Below, in pieces: positions 1-9,674 of a stretch of 64,000 nt of DNA (the first letter of the stretch is position 1; each line of letters begins with the position of its first letter). The notes beneath the pieces were generated by a model. The model did not search any database. It worked only from the letters and a program-made list of their open reading frames with translations, and was not told the DNA's origin. The stretch covers positions 2,144,001 through 2,208,000 of the forward strand of contig OY760505.1 of NCBI GenBank assembly GCA_963663545.1, read 5' to 3'. The position numbers and the translations under genes are program-made. This stretch comes from Candidatus Delongbacteria bacterium (GTDB taxonomy: Bacteria > CAIWAD01).

Positions 1-1
1 C

Positions 2-796
2 GTCAAACACGAACCAGCAGAGAATGCTCAGGAGTATTCCACGGCGAGCGGTTTGTGTATCACGAGCTACGGCAACACGCTGATGGAAGCCTGGGTCCAC
101 GAGCGTCCACATGGCAACGAATCCCCAGACGAGTACTTGCCCCCAGCTTAGTGTGCCTGGAATGCTCATGTGAGTTGCGGGAAGTTCTTGCTGCAAAAAC
201 CCTAGAAAACCGTGCTGTAACACAAGCCAGAGAAACACGGTGCCGAAACCGGCGAACATCAATACGAACTGTATCACGTCGGTTAGGATGACGCTCTTCA
301 GGCCGCCCCGCCACACATAACCAACAGTCAGCAGCAGAGACAGCGCAAGCGAAACAGCAAAAGATGTACCGGTCAGGGCTGATAGCAGCAGCGTAGCCAT
401 CAGCAGGTAAGGGGCTGGCGACACCATTAGCAGGGCGTACACTCCAGCGAATCGTCCGGCGATTTTCCCGTGGCGCAGAGATATCTGTTCGGGGATGCTC
501 AGGCTTTCAGCTCCTCGCACGCGTTTTGCGAGAACCAGGGCATAGACCAGCGCAAAGAGATAGTAGAACGCACCCAGAGCAAGCCACGTGACAATGCCGC
601 TGCTATAGGCGAACTCGCCAACACCAAGGATTCCACCATACCATGTGCAGACCAGAGTGGCGACAAATGCGGGAAGCGTGATACGTCGTCCAGCGCTGAT
701 ATAGTCGCGACTGCTCGCGCTAGCCAGCATACCGACTACAGGAACAACGATTACACAACTGAGGGCTATCAGGATGGCGATCGGATGAAGAGTCAT
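2..796 (-). CDS. Sodium:solute symporter (SSS) family protein, probable thiamine/precursor transporter; partial, runs off the window start
   Basis: Not in the ORF track. Manual translation from the ATG at 796 gives MTLHPIAILIALSC...AGRRITLPAFVATLVCTWYGGILGVGE...GGLKSVILTDVIQF...DPGFHQRV, which carries SSS-type motifs and many TM segments. Its start overlaps the thiamine pyrophosphokinase stop (ATGA). Confidence 0.85.
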   Translation of the reverse strand, partial: MTLHPIAILIALSCVIVVPVVGMLASASSRDYISAGRRITLPAFVATLVCTWYGGILGVGEFAYSSGIVTWLALGAFYYLFALVYALVLAKRVRGAESLSIPEQISLRHGKIAGRFAGVYALLMVSPAPYLLMATLLLSALTGTSFAVSLALSLLLTVGYVWRGGLKSVILTDVIQFVLMFAGFGTVFLWLVLQHGFLGFLQQELPATHMSIPGTLSWGQVLVWGFVAMWTLVDPGFHQRVAVARDTQTARRGILLSILCWFVFD

Positions 797-1488
797 TTGA
801 GTGTGAGGTCCCGTACAAGTAGAAGGCCGCGCTGTGATACACGCAATTGAACCTTGTGTGCCAATGCACGATTAGAGACGCCGTGGCAGCCTGCGCCAAT
901 TGTGATTCCCTGCCCGGACCAAGCCAATCCGCTTAGATCACAGGAAACAGGGCGTCCACTGCAGTTAACCAGCGAAATACGTTCCCCCGGGTGAGTAGCA
1001 ATGCTGCATTCACCAGCATCCAGGGATTGAGCTAGCTGATTGCGGCCGCAAAGAATAATGTTGCGGGACTGAGGCAAAGCGAGCATGCTGTAGAGCCCCA
1101 TTGTCATATCAAGACGGGACCCCTCGAAGCCAGCAATCCAAACAGGGTCAACACGCAGTTCGCGAGCCAGCGTGATACATTTCTCCAAATCGTTGTGCTC
1201 CTGGTCCACAACGCGATGAACCTGACAACCCCTTTCTTCGAGATCCACGACAAGTGCTTCAGGAGTGCTGTCCAGGTCACCAACCAGGTAGTCGATGCGG
1301 ATTCCCTGATGATGCAAATGGACGGCTGCGCCATCAGCAGCCATGATACGCAATCGGCCGGCTGACGCGGCGGCGGGATGAGGGCTGACCAGCAAGTGTT
1401 GTGGGAGTCTGCCCCCAGCGTGCAGATGTTGCAGCAGTTGCCTGGGCGGATCACCGTTCAACACCAGCAGCAGGGCTTCGTGTTCCAT
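793..1488 (-). CDS. thiN: Thiamine pyrophosphokinase (ThiN/TPK)
   Basis: Motifs LVLNG, AADGAA, LVGDLDS, DQEHNDLEK, GSRLD and GVSNR. Start moved to MEHEALL (1488) to avoid overlap with the divergent gene. Confidence 0.9.
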   Translation of the reverse strand: MEHEALLLVLNGDPPRQLLQHLHAGGRLPQHLLVSPHPAAASAGRLRIMAADGAAVHLHHQGIRIDYLVGDLDSTPEALVVDLEERGCQVHRVVDQEHNDLEKCITLARELRVDPVWIAGFEGSRLDMTMGLYSMLALPQSRNIILCGRNQLAQSLDAGECSIATHPGERISLVNCSGRPVSCDLSGLAWSGQGITIGAGCHGVSNRALAHKVQLRVSQRGLLLVRDLTLK

Positions 1489-1552
1489 TGTTGCAAGTTC
1501 TGGCAGGCCTTGGTAAGATGCAAATCGGTCCCTCCAAGCGAAAGGACACAAG

Positions 1553-2485
1553 GTGTCACGGCGATTAAGACTTGCTTCGATTTGCATGCTGCTGTTGTGC
1601 TCCAGTCCGCTATGGGCGCAGACGGGGTTTCAATTCCTGTTGAGCGAAATCGACGCTCGTACGGCAGCGCGTGGCGAAAGCTGTGTGGCTGATGTTTACG
1701 GCGCAGAGGGCGTGATACGAAATCCTGCCGCGCCGATGAGCGGCGAGGAGCGTGAGGTCGGTCTGTTATGGCTGGATCACATCGACGACGTCCGCTTCCT
1801 GAGTCTGGTGGGCTGTCTGCCCGGACCCTATGGATTCCGATTCGTTGGTGGCCTGCAGAGCCAATCCTACGGTGACATTGCCGGTTACGACGAACAGCAA
1901 CAGCCGACCGGAGAGATCGACACGGGCGACAACGCGCTCTTTCTGGGCAGCGCTTATCGGTTCGAACTGGACGGGGCGAGTACACTGGATTTTGGTGTCT
2001 GTGTGCGCTACGCTTGGTCGACGCTTGATGATACGGATGCATCAGCCTTGATGGCGGATTTCGGCACGCTGTGGCGACATCCCTCCGGCCTTTCGCTTGG
2101 GTGTCGGCTGGCCAATCTGGGCAATGTCCTGGATGATTACGAATCCGTCGATCCCGAACTGCCGCGTGTTGTGGAGATAGGTATCGCAAAGCGACTGGCG
2201 CATCTTCCTTTCACCTGGAGTGCGGCACGAGAGCACGTTCATGGAAGCGGATTCTGGTACAAGCTGGGCGGTGAGTTTGTTGTTGCCAAACGCTGGCATC
2301 TGGGTGCTGGCTACCACTTCGGGCGCAGCGAAGACCGTGTCAGCGACTTCGACGGTGATACAACGCGCGGACTATCGCTGGGTGTTGGGGGAAGACTTCC
2401 CTACGGTTTCGACTTCCACTGGGCTTGGACTTCCTGGGGTGAAGTGGGAACGCTGAATCGCTTCACCTTGTCACGCGCATTCTGA
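1553..2485 (+). CDS. PorV/PorQ-family outer-membrane beta-barrel (T9SS-associated)
   Basis: Signal peptide, DARTAARG...NPA motif, SYGDIAGYDEQQQPTGE, alternating beta strands and terminal Phe. Confidence 0.75.
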   Translation: MSRRLRLASICMLLLCSSPLWAQTGFQFLLSEIDARTAARGESCVADVYGAEGVIRNPAAPMSGEEREVGLLWLDHIDDVRFLSLVGCLPGPYGFRFVGGLQSQSYGDIAGYDEQQQPTGEIDTGDNALFLGSAYRFELDGASTLDFGVCVRYAWSTLDDTDASALMADFGTLWRHPSGLSLGCRLANLGNVLDDYESVDPELPRVVEIGIAKRLAHLPFTWSAAREHVHGSGFWYKLGGEFVVAKRWHLGAGYHFGRSEDRVSDFDGDTTRGLSLGVGGRLPYGFDFHWAWTSWGEVGTLNRFTLSRAF

Positions 2486-2495
2486 TGGTACTGAG

Positions 2496-3065
2496 ATGAA
2501 AAAACATGACCACGACGCTGAGGATGCCGCCAAGCGCATGGCCGCCTCCATGTGGTACGAACGATTTGAGAAGCCGAGACAGAACCGCATGACACCCCGT
2601 ACTCAGCGCTTGGTTCGAGCCTCGCTGCTACTGTCTGCGGTGCTGATGGTTGTGCTCGGTGTAACCCTGCGTGGTCGCAAGATGGACCAGGTCACTGGAA
2701 TCACCGAATCCGGCGAGAGTAGCGCGTTGCTGACTCGCGAGCTTGCGCTGGGACCGGAGGATGCGCGGTTGTTCTGGCCGATTTTGCAGGCCTATCAGGA
2801 TGAGGCGCGCCAGTTGATGATTGATCGCAAGCGTCTCTTGCTGCGACTGGATAAAGTGAGCGATGAGCGAAATGAGCGCAACGGGAACTTGAGCCTGATC
2901 AGCGAAGAGCTACAACAGCAGGAGGAGACGGTGCTTGCGAAGCGTCTGCAAATGCTGCAGACTGTTTCAATGGATCTGGGACTGTGGCGATCTGCGCGCC
3001 TGCTTGTGATACAAGGACAATGGGACCCTTGGGATCCCGGGCTGTTGACGCGCCCCGTGGAATAG
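2496..3065 (+). CDS. Hypothetical single-TM protein with Spy/CpxP-like helical domain
   Basis: One TM helix followed by LALGPEDARLFWPILQAYQ and a coiled coil. Confidence 0.6.
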   Translation: MKKHDHDAEDAAKRMAASMWYERFEKPRQNRMTPRTQRLVRASLLLSAVLMVVLGVTLRGRKMDQVTGITESGESSALLTRELALGPEDARLFWPILQAYQDEARQLMIDRKRLLLRLDKVSDERNERNGNLSLISEELQQQEETVLAKRLQMLQTVSMDLGLWRSARLLVIQGQWDPWDPGLLTRPVE

Positions 3066-3069
3066 GCAT

Positions 3070-3100
3070 AAAAAAACCCGCGTTTTCGCGGGTTTGTTGT
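3070..3100. terminator. Probable bidirectional intrinsic terminator
   Basis: AAACCCGCG-TTTT-CGCGGGTTT hairpin with A/T-rich flanks between convergent genes. Confidence 0.7.
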
Positions 3101-3113
3101 TTCTTCATCAGCG

Positions 3114-3554
3114 TCAGCGGAACATCGCTTTGATTCCGCCCCAGGTCACGCGCACCGCATTCATGGTCAGTGAAACCTGCACGGGGTCTTCGGAGGCCGG
3201 CACACGCTCTCCGGTGGGAAGCACGTAATACAGCATGTACCAATACTCCTGCTCGACATCGATACGATTGCCACGATTGATGGCATCCAGGCCTGGATGA
3301 TCATAGTAATCGTAGATCGACGACAGATCGCAGGAGATGCGATCGCCAATAGGCTGGTACCAGGACTCGTCCGTACTGCGTTCCAGCTCGAAGCCCACGA
3401 TGCCCGATTCGCTAGACACCGACCAGACGAGATGGACGGTGTTATCCGGCATTACACTGGCGGTAAACTGCAGCAGCTCGGCTGCTTGTGCCAAGGTGCC
3501 TGCCAGCAGTAGCATAATTATGTAGCGAATCGAAGTAAGCACAGTGTTTTCCAC
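3114..3554 (-). CDS. Small secreted Ig/FN3-like protein with C-terminal TWGGIKAMFR motif
   Basis: Signal peptide (MLLLAGTLAQA), then VHLVWSVSSESGIVGFELERS and a TWGxIKxxFR terminus. The GTG start at 3554 is a guess. Confidence 0.7.
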   Translation of the reverse strand: MENTVLTSIRYIIMLLLAGTLAQAAELLQFTASVMPDNTVHLVWSVSSESGIVGFELERSTDESWYQPIGDRISCDLSSIYDYYDHPGLDAINRGNRIDVEQEYWYMLYYVLPTGERVPASEDPVQVSLTMNAVRVTWGGIKAMFR

Positions 3555-3735
3555 ATGAATCCTATCGGCGTTGAGTCTAGCGAAAGGAGGCGATCCGGGC
3601 AAGTGTCTCATTGCCTTGGGAGAATTCTTCTGTTACGCAGTATCGGAATCCTGTTGCCCAACATTCTGCGCAGACCCAGGAACATCGACATCAACGCCGG
3701 GGTAGGCGAGCTTCCCGATTCTGTCCCGCCAAGCC

Positions 3736-4602
3736 CTAGGGCGTCGCAGCGGCCTGCCCAGCCTGTTGCAGGTAGTGGTCCCGGCGTTGCGGATCCGAGG
3801 TGTCCAAACGAAGCAGTCGCAGGATGCTTTCCTCATCACGAGCTTTCACCAGTATCTCGCAGATGATGCGGTAGTTGGCATCCCAGAACGTGCTGAGTTT
3901 GGTCTGGTCATCGATTTCCGTGGCCAGGTCCAACGCTGTCAGCGTTGTTGTCCAGGCTTCGTAGTCATTGTCCATCACCTGCCGGAACCAGATCGCCGTA
4001 TGCATTACCCAGCGCAAGGTGCGATAAGGGCGGTTTTCCTGCGCCAAGGTGACCTGATCCAGCTTGCGGTACCGATCCGACCAACCGTCGCGGTAGGTGC
4101 TGAATTGTGCCAGTTCAAGTACGCGGCGCACCTTTTCGTACATCGCGTCACCGGCGAACTCGCCGAGCTTGTCGTATTCGCTCGCAATGACCATTAGGAC
4201 GCAGTAGTCGACCATACCCAGAAAACTGTCGAACTGGTTTTCCTGGTGACGGAATGCGCCAATGGCATCCACGGTGAATTTCCAGTCGGACTCGTCGATG
4301 CGCAGATCGCCGCCATTGCTACAAGCAACCTTGGCCTGATAGACCGTGTTGGCGCCCTCTTCTGAAACATTCGTCAACTGAATGGCCAGCGGCACCGTGA
4401 GGCCAAGAGTCTGCTCGTCCTCGTCCCAGTCGTAGTCGCTGATATAGGCGGCCAGACGTTCTTCGAGATTGAGGAGTGGTCCCCGCTTGTCCTGCGGAAG
4501 CTGTGCCAACTCGATGGAGATCTCGGGTTGAATGGTTAGCGCCTGCACCAGGGATACCCATCCCAGTACGAGAAACAGCGGGCGCAGGAAGAAGGACGTC
4601 AT
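3736..4602 (-). CDS. DUF4835/PorD-like protein (T9SS-associated)
   Basis: Signal peptide after an ATG with a GAGG RBS. FDSFLGMVDYCVLMVIASEYDKLGEFAGDAMYEK...GW resembles the DUF4835 consensus as recalled. Confidence 0.65.
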   Translation of the reverse strand: MTSFFLRPLFLVLGWVSLVQALTIQPEISIELAQLPQDKRGPLLNLEERLAAYISDYDWDEDEQTLGLTVPLAIQLTNVSEEGANTVYQAKVACSNGGDLRIDESDWKFTVDAIGAFRHQENQFDSFLGMVDYCVLMVIASEYDKLGEFAGDAMYEKVRRVLELAQFSTYRDGWSDRYRKLDQVTLAQENRPYRTLRWVMHTAIWFRQVMDNDYEAWTTTLTALDLATEIDDQTKLSTFWDANYRIICEILVKARDEESILRLLRLDTSDPQRRDHYLQQAGQAAATP

Positions 4603-4705
4603 GCTACCTCTCTTGGATCGTTGGAGCAAAGAAGACCACGTTGCTGCCACGTCAGACAGACTCTCTGGGCCTAAAGTAGAGCATCGCACAGCCAATTCAA
4701 AGGTG

Positions 4706-5524
4706 GTGTTGCCCCTCCTCGGTCTCGTGATACTGCTCCTTTTCGCTGGATCGTCGTTCGCCGTGTTTGAGGATGGCGGTGACTTTTGGACACGGACCGC
4801 CCTCCCCGATAGCCTTGGCGTAAGTGCACTAGCCCTGTGTGGTGATGCGCTACGCATTACTCCTGGCGTGGGAGTGGGCTGGCAGCGGACGGCTTCGTTG
4901 GCGGAAATGGACCAGCATCAGGCGGCCGTTGCTCTGAGGCTTCGCAAGGTTGTGTTGGCGGGAAGCGTGAGCAGCTTTGGTTGGGAAAGCTGGCGAGAAC
5001 AGTCGCTCTGGCTGGCCCTTGCCGGCGTTCTCCGCAAGGCACGAGCGGCCCCCATTTACTGGCGACTGTCGTGCGCCTTGGAGCAGGTCTGTACCAACAG
5101 CTTGTCCAAATCAAGGGCGCTACACTCCGCGCTTGGTGGCGGAACTCCGCTCTACGGCTTCTGGACGCAGCTTACCCTGCATGCACGGTTTGCGCCTGAA
5201 ACACTAAGCGGAGCATCGCTTGAACACTGGCCAGAGAAAGGGGGCTGGCGACTTGCCGTGTCACGTGATATAGGCGAATGGTTGCGTGTAGCTTATGCGC
5301 GCGGCGGTGGCTTGGTGAATGAAAGTGAGCCCACGCTGTCTGTTAGCGCAGTGTATCACGATGTCGGTTTAGCGGTTGCATGGCTGGAGGATGCGAAGAA
5401 GCGATTGGCTATGCGTGTACGCCAACCATGGATCGAAGTGGTTGTTGCCGTAGACTTGCACCCCGTTTTGCCACCAAACATAGGGCTGCAGTGCGCACTC
5501 TCGTTTAGGGGAGGCACACGATGA
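4706..5524 (+). CDS. Hypothetical secreted/outer-membrane beta-rich protein
   Basis: Signal peptide LPLLGLVILLLFAGSSFA. The C-terminal HPVL motif resembles FCB proteins encoded upstream of HhH-barrel genes. Start uncertain (ORF open from 4532). Coupled to the next gene by an ATGA overlap. Confidence 0.55.
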   Translation: MLPLLGLVILLLFAGSSFAVFEDGGDFWTRTALPDSLGVSALALCGDALRITPGVGVGWQRTASLAEMDQHQAAVALRLRKVVLAGSVSSFGWESWREQSLWLALAGVLRKARAAPIYWRLSCALEQVCTNSLSKSRALHSALGGGTPLYGFWTQLTLHARFAPETLSGASLEHWPEKGGWRLAVSRDIGEWLRVAYARGGGLVNESEPTLSVSAVYHDVGLAVAWLEDAKKRLAMRVRQPWIEVVVAVDLHPVLPPNIGLQCALSFRGGTR

Positions 5525-6969
5525 TTGTGATACAATTGCTCTTGGTGTTGCTCTTTGTAACACAAGCAAAATCCGTGATGAATGGAGATGTGCGTCAGGA
5601 ATGGTTGGATCATGCTAGCTGGAAAAACCGTCTGATGCTGGAAGTCGGCAAGGACCGCTTTGCTTGGCGTGTTGTCTCAACGCGTGCGCGCGGGGAATGC
5701 GGGGTGATGCCGCATGCCGCGCTGGCTTGTGCCTACCGGCGTGATCCGTGGAGCTTGTATATCGGTCGCCTGACGTTGCGTGATCGCATCGGTATCCTCG
5801 CCGGATGCGCTTCAGGTATGGGGTCGTTACCTGCCCCTCTTGGGGATCTCGTAAGAGTTGGATTCGGGAGCGCGAGTGCATGGCAGCCGGAAACTGATGG
5901 TCTTGTGATACAAAGGAGTCAGGGACAGTTTCGCGGAGGTCTTGCCGCTGCATGGACAGCGCGTGACCGAAGCGCGGCTGGAGACGGCTTTGTACTGGGC
6001 ATGGCTCACGACGCGGAACACGAGGAACGTCGCGCAAAGTGGCAGGAGCGTACGCTACTTGGCTGGCTGGAGTTACCTGAAGCCGGGAGCCTGAAACCGC
6101 AGGCTGCGATTGGCTTTCGTCGAGATCCTGGTGGGTGTCGTCTGTTGTATGAAGCTACTCTGCAGCATCGCACACGACGCACACGGCTTGAATTGGGACA
6201 CGGAAGCGGAGAACACCGTCTGAGTTGGTGTCACGGCGATTGGCGACCAAACCGCATTCTGCAACTGCGCTTGGCAATCTGGGGTGGTCGACGTGGTTCA
6301 TCAAGAGCGGCTTCTTCCGCGTTCAGCTTGCCGGAAGAGGGCGTTGGAAGAGGCCTGCGTTGCGGAATGTCGCTTCGTGTGTCACACTTGCAAATTGAGT
6401 GTTACGAACAGGATCTGCGGGGAAGCGCATATGAGGAGGGCTATCGCTGCAAACGCTCTCTAAGTGTGCGCTTGCTTCCAGGTGGTCGAAGTCGTGATCC
6501 GCTACAACTCAGTGGTTCCCTCTGGTCGCGGCAGGATGTAAGCGGAGGAAGCCTGCGTGCCGTGTTTCAAATAGACGCTCAACGCAGATTGAAAGCGGGT
6601 CTTCATTGGGCTGGTGTATCACGGGAGGCGACGCGAGGATTCAGTCTGCAGTGGGATCAGACGCTTCCCTTGTTCGACTCGATGGAGCTGCGGCTGTATT
6701 ACGTGCGCCGCGATGCGGGTGAATACACGCTGTATCAAAGTGTAACCCCATGGCAGGGCGCCCTCAGACTGGAAAGCGGGCGCAGCGGTCTGGACCGCGG
6801 CGGAGTTGCCCTTTGCTGCAAGGTCCAGGGTGTGATGCAGTATTCTTTAACGCTGCAGAGCGAGTGGCGAAGCACGGAGAGCTGCGACGAGCTAGGCGTG
6901 ATTCAGCGCAGCGGCGGGTTTCGTGGATGCCTGTGCCTTGGTGTATCACAACGAAAACCGGCCCGCTAG
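5521..6969 (+). CDS. Hypothetical outer-membrane beta-barrel-like protein, distantly resembling the barrel part of FCB 'helix-hairpin-helix domain' proteins
   Basis: GGAGG RBS, signal peptide, Arg-rich beta strands, and the segments YIGRLTLRDRIGILAG and HDAEHEERRAKWQERTLLG. Confidence 0.5.
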   Translation: MIVIQLLLVLLFVTQAKSVMNGDVRQEWLDHASWKNRLMLEVGKDRFAWRVVSTRARGECGVMPHAALACAYRRDPWSLYIGRLTLRDRIGILAGCASGMGSLPAPLGDLVRVGFGSASAWQPETDGLVIQRSQGQFRGGLAAAWTARDRSAAGDGFVLGMAHDAEHEERRAKWQERTLLGWLELPEAGSLKPQAAIGFRRDPGGCRLLYEATLQHRTRRTRLELGHGSGEHRLSWCHGDWRPNRILQLRLAIWGGRRGSSRAASSAFSLPEEGVGRGLRCGMSLRVSHLQIECYEQDLRGSAYEEGYRCKRSLSVRLLPGGRSRDPLQLSGSLWSRQDVSGGSLRAVFQIDAQRRLKAGLHWAGVSREATRGFSLQWDQTLPLFDSMELRLYYVRRDAGEYTLYQSVTPWQGALRLESGRSGLDRGGVALCCKVQGVMQYSLTLQSEWRSTESCDELGVIQRSGGFRGCLCLGVSQRKPAR

Positions 6970-6978
6970 GGGCCGGTT
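6956..6978. terminator. Hairpin terminator between convergent genes
   Basis: AACCGGCCC...GGGCCGGTT inverted repeat. Confidence 0.55.
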
Positions 6979-7004
6979 GCTGCAGGCTAGGTTGTTGTTG
7001 CAGA

Positions 7005-7862
7005 TTACTGACCGATCAGTCCGGCCACCATGCTGGGCAGGCTGTTTGCCTGGGCTTGCATAGAGATACCGGTTTGCATCAGAATCTGCGCACGCGTGAA
7101 TGCCGACATCTCGTTGGCCACATCCGCGTCGCGAATGGTGGATTCGGATGTCACGGCGTTTTCCCGCGAGATCTGCAGGTTCGCAATCGTTCCCTGCAAG
7201 CGGCTGACGTAGGAGCCGATGCGCGTGCGCTCGGTGTCCTTGGTGTCGATCACCGCGTCCAGAAGGTCGATGGCCGCCTGCGCACTGGCCGTTGTTGTCA
7301 AATCAATGTCGGTCAGGCCAAGGCCTTCGGCCGTCATGTCTGCCAGGTTCACGTAATAGTAGTCCTGATTGGCTTCGTTGTAGGAACCAATGTGGAACTT
7401 GATTCCCTGACCGCCTTCGCCACCGGCGCCTTCAGAATAGGTGCCGTCGATCAGGCTCAGGCCGTTGTAGTTTGTCACCTCTGCAATGCGGGTGATTTCG
7501 CTCTTCAGCTGCTGGAATTCCACATCCAGATAGCCGCGATCCAGGTTCGTGAGGGTTCCATTGGATGCCTCAACCGCCAGCGCCCTCATGCGAATCAACT
7601 TCTCATCGATCACCGACAGGGCGCCTTCCGCTGTGGCCAGCATGTTGATGGCGTAGTTCGCGTTGCGCTCTGCCTCGGTGAGGCTTTCAATCTGGGCACG
7701 CAGCTTCTCTGACACCGACAGACCAGCAGGGTCGTCCCAGGCGTAGTTGATTCGCAAGCCCGAGGACAGGCGAGTCACGGCCCGATTCAAATCCTGGCTG
7801 GTATTGCTCAGGTGCCGGTGAACGCCGATGGCCAGCGAGTTTTGATTAATCCTCAGACTCAT
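7005..7862 (-). CDS. fliC: Flagellin (short, 285 aa)
   Basis: MSLRINQN...RLSSGLRINYAWDDPAGL N-terminal domain and IRDADVANEMSAFTRAQILMQTG C-terminal domain. Confidence 0.97.
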   Translation of the reverse strand: MSLRINQNSLAIGVHRHLSNTSQDLNRAVTRLSSGLRINYAWDDPAGLSVSEKLRAQIESLTEAERNANYAINMLATAEGALSVIDEKLIRMRALAVEASNGTLTNLDRGYLDVEFQQLKSEITRIAEVTNYNGLSLIDGTYSEGAGGEGGQGIKFHIGSYNEANQDYYYVNLADMTAEGLGLTDIDLTTTASAQAAIDLLDAVIDTKDTERTRIGSYVSRLQGTIANLQISRENAVTSESTIRDADVANEMSAFTRAQILMQTGISMQAQANSLPSMVAGLIGQ

Positions 7863-7998
7863 CCGTCATTCCTCCAAAAGGATTCGACCATTCCAAATCC
7901 GTCGATGCTCTTGTGCATTCCACCACGATCATATTCACCCTGCCTTGCGGTCCGCCTCTCCCTGACGGTGTATCACCACTCGGCGCGGGCTGACACTC

Positions 7999-8025
7999 TC
8001 TTCGGATGCTCTGGAAAAAGCTTGA
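7999..8025 (-). promoter_or_regulatory. Sigma-28 (FliA)-type promoter of flagellin
   Basis: The minus strand reads TCAAG-N14-TCCGAAGA, close to TCAAG/TAAA...GCCGATAA. Confidence 0.65.
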
Positions 8026-8117
8026 ATGTTTATGCCGAGAAAAAACAAGCACAGAGAGTCGATACAGGGCGCGACACGACGCAAACTGGCTTCAGTACTG
8101 GACTAAGCGGTGAGAGG

Positions 8118-9674
8118 CTATTCAGGAAGACCGTAAAAACGATCTGAGTCCTGGCGCTGTAGTTGGGGCATAAGGGGCGGTCGTTCGCCAGGCCTGGGGC
8201 GCTGACAGATGGATTCGAAGAGTTGCAGGTACTCAACGGCGGCGTGTTTCCACGAGAAATCACGACTCATGCCGTTGCGCTGGATGCGCTTCCAGGTCTG
8301 CGGCTTGCGCATCGCGGCCAGTGCTACATCAATGGCTTCCAGCAGTTCTTCCGGCTGATACTCGTCAAAGGCGAAACCCGTCGCTTCGTCCGCGGAGTCG
8401 CGGAAGGCGAGCACTGTATCACGTAGGCCACCGGTGTGATGCACAATGGGCGGCGTCCCGTAGAGCATGGCGTACATTTGACTGAGGCCGCAGGGTTCGT
8501 AATGGCTGGGCATCAAAAAGATGTCGCTGCCCGCAAACATCAGGTGCGCCAGCTCTTCATTATAGCCGATCTGCAGGCCCATGCAGGAGGAATGCCGCCG
8601 CGCCACATCACGCAGGAAGGCCTCGTGATGCGGATCGCCACTGCCCAGGATAACCAGCTTGACACGTCGCGATAAGATGCGATCGATACAACCGGCGATC
8701 AGATCCAGGCCTTTCTGTTCCGTGAGACGACTGACCATGCCCAGAATGGGGCTGCCATCATCCTGAAGCCCGAAGGCTTCCAGTAGCGGGGCGCGGTTGT
8801 CCGCCTTCTGCTGCATGCGTCCTATGCTGTAATTCGCAGGAATCAGTTTGTCGCGCGAAGGATTCCAGGCCGTGGTATCGATGCCGTTGAGGATGCCGGT
8901 CAGGCGCTCCTCGTATTGGCGTAATACGCCATCCAGCCCGTGCCCCAGTTCCGGCGTGCGAATCTCTTCTGAGTAGGTGGGTGAGACCGTGACAATCTCG
9001 TCCGCAAAGGAGATCCCCGCCTTGAGGCAATTCAAGTGTCCGAAGTATTCGAAGGGGCTCATGCTGAACATGAGCTCCTGGGGCATTTGCAGCTTCGTGA
9101 TGCTCGATGCAGGAAAAATGCCCTGGTAGCCCAGATTGTGAATACCAATCAGCGTGCGCACACCGGCGAGCTCCTGATCGTTGCTGTAGCGGATGCGCAG
9201 CAGCGCGGGCAGCATGGCTGTATGCCAGTCATTGCAGAAAAGGATGTCGGGAATGGCCCCCGTCTGCCGCAGCAGCTCCATCACCGCCGACTGAAAGAAG
9301 AACCAGCGCTCGTCGTCGTCCGCATAGGGGCGCCCACTGTGCGGGTCGACGTAGATGCCTTCTCGCTCGAAGTAGTACTGGTTCTCGATGAACAACGCAC
9401 GGCAGGATTCACCCGGGTAGTCCGCTTCGAAAATGCGGGTGGGAAAGTCGTTGCCCAGGTAATTCACGTGAATGGTGGTCAGCAGGCGCATGCCAGCGGC
9501 TTCGCGATCGATACGACCATAGAGGGGAAGCACGCTGACGATTTCAGTTCCCAAGGCGTGCAGAGCGGGAGGCAGCGAGCCCGCCACATCACCAAGCCCC
9601 CCGGTTTTGATCCAGGGCAGCGATTCGGCGGAAACGAAAACTACTCGTCTTCTGCTGTTGGGAAGTCGCGTCAT
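8118..9674 (-). CDS. glgA: Glycogen synthase
   Basis: KTGGLGDV, NDWHT, IHNLGYQG, SRLTEQKG and EPCGLSQM motifs. Start overlaps the galT stop. Confidence 0.95.
   Translation of the reverse strand: MTRLPNSRRRVVFVSAESLPWIKTGGLGDVAGSLPPALHALGTEIVSVLPLYGRIDREAAGMRLLTTIHVNYLGNDFPTRIFEADYPGESCRALFIENQYYFEREGIYVDPHSGRPYADDDERWFFFQSAVMELLRQTGAIPDILFCNDWHTAMLPALLRIRYSNDQELAGVRTLIGIHNLGYQGIFPASSITKLQMPQELMFSMSPFEYFGHLNCLKAGISFADEIVTVSPTYSEEIRTPELGHGLDGVLRQYEERLTGILNGIDTTAWNPSRDKLIPANYSIGRMQQKADNRAPLLEAFGLQDDGSPILGMVSRLTEQKGLDLIAGCIDRILSRRVKLVILGSGDPHHEAFLRDVARRHSSCMGLQIGYNEELAHLMFAGSDIFLMPSHYEPCGLSQMYAMLYGTPPIVHHTGGLRDTVLAFRDSADEATGFAFDEYQPEELLEAIDVALAAMRKPQTWKRIQRNGMSRDFSWKHAAVEYLQLFESICQRPRPGERPPLMPQLQRQDSDRFYGLPE

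Noticed and set aside
6750..7712. 320-aa + strand ORF
   Set aside because: Antisense shadow of flagellin.
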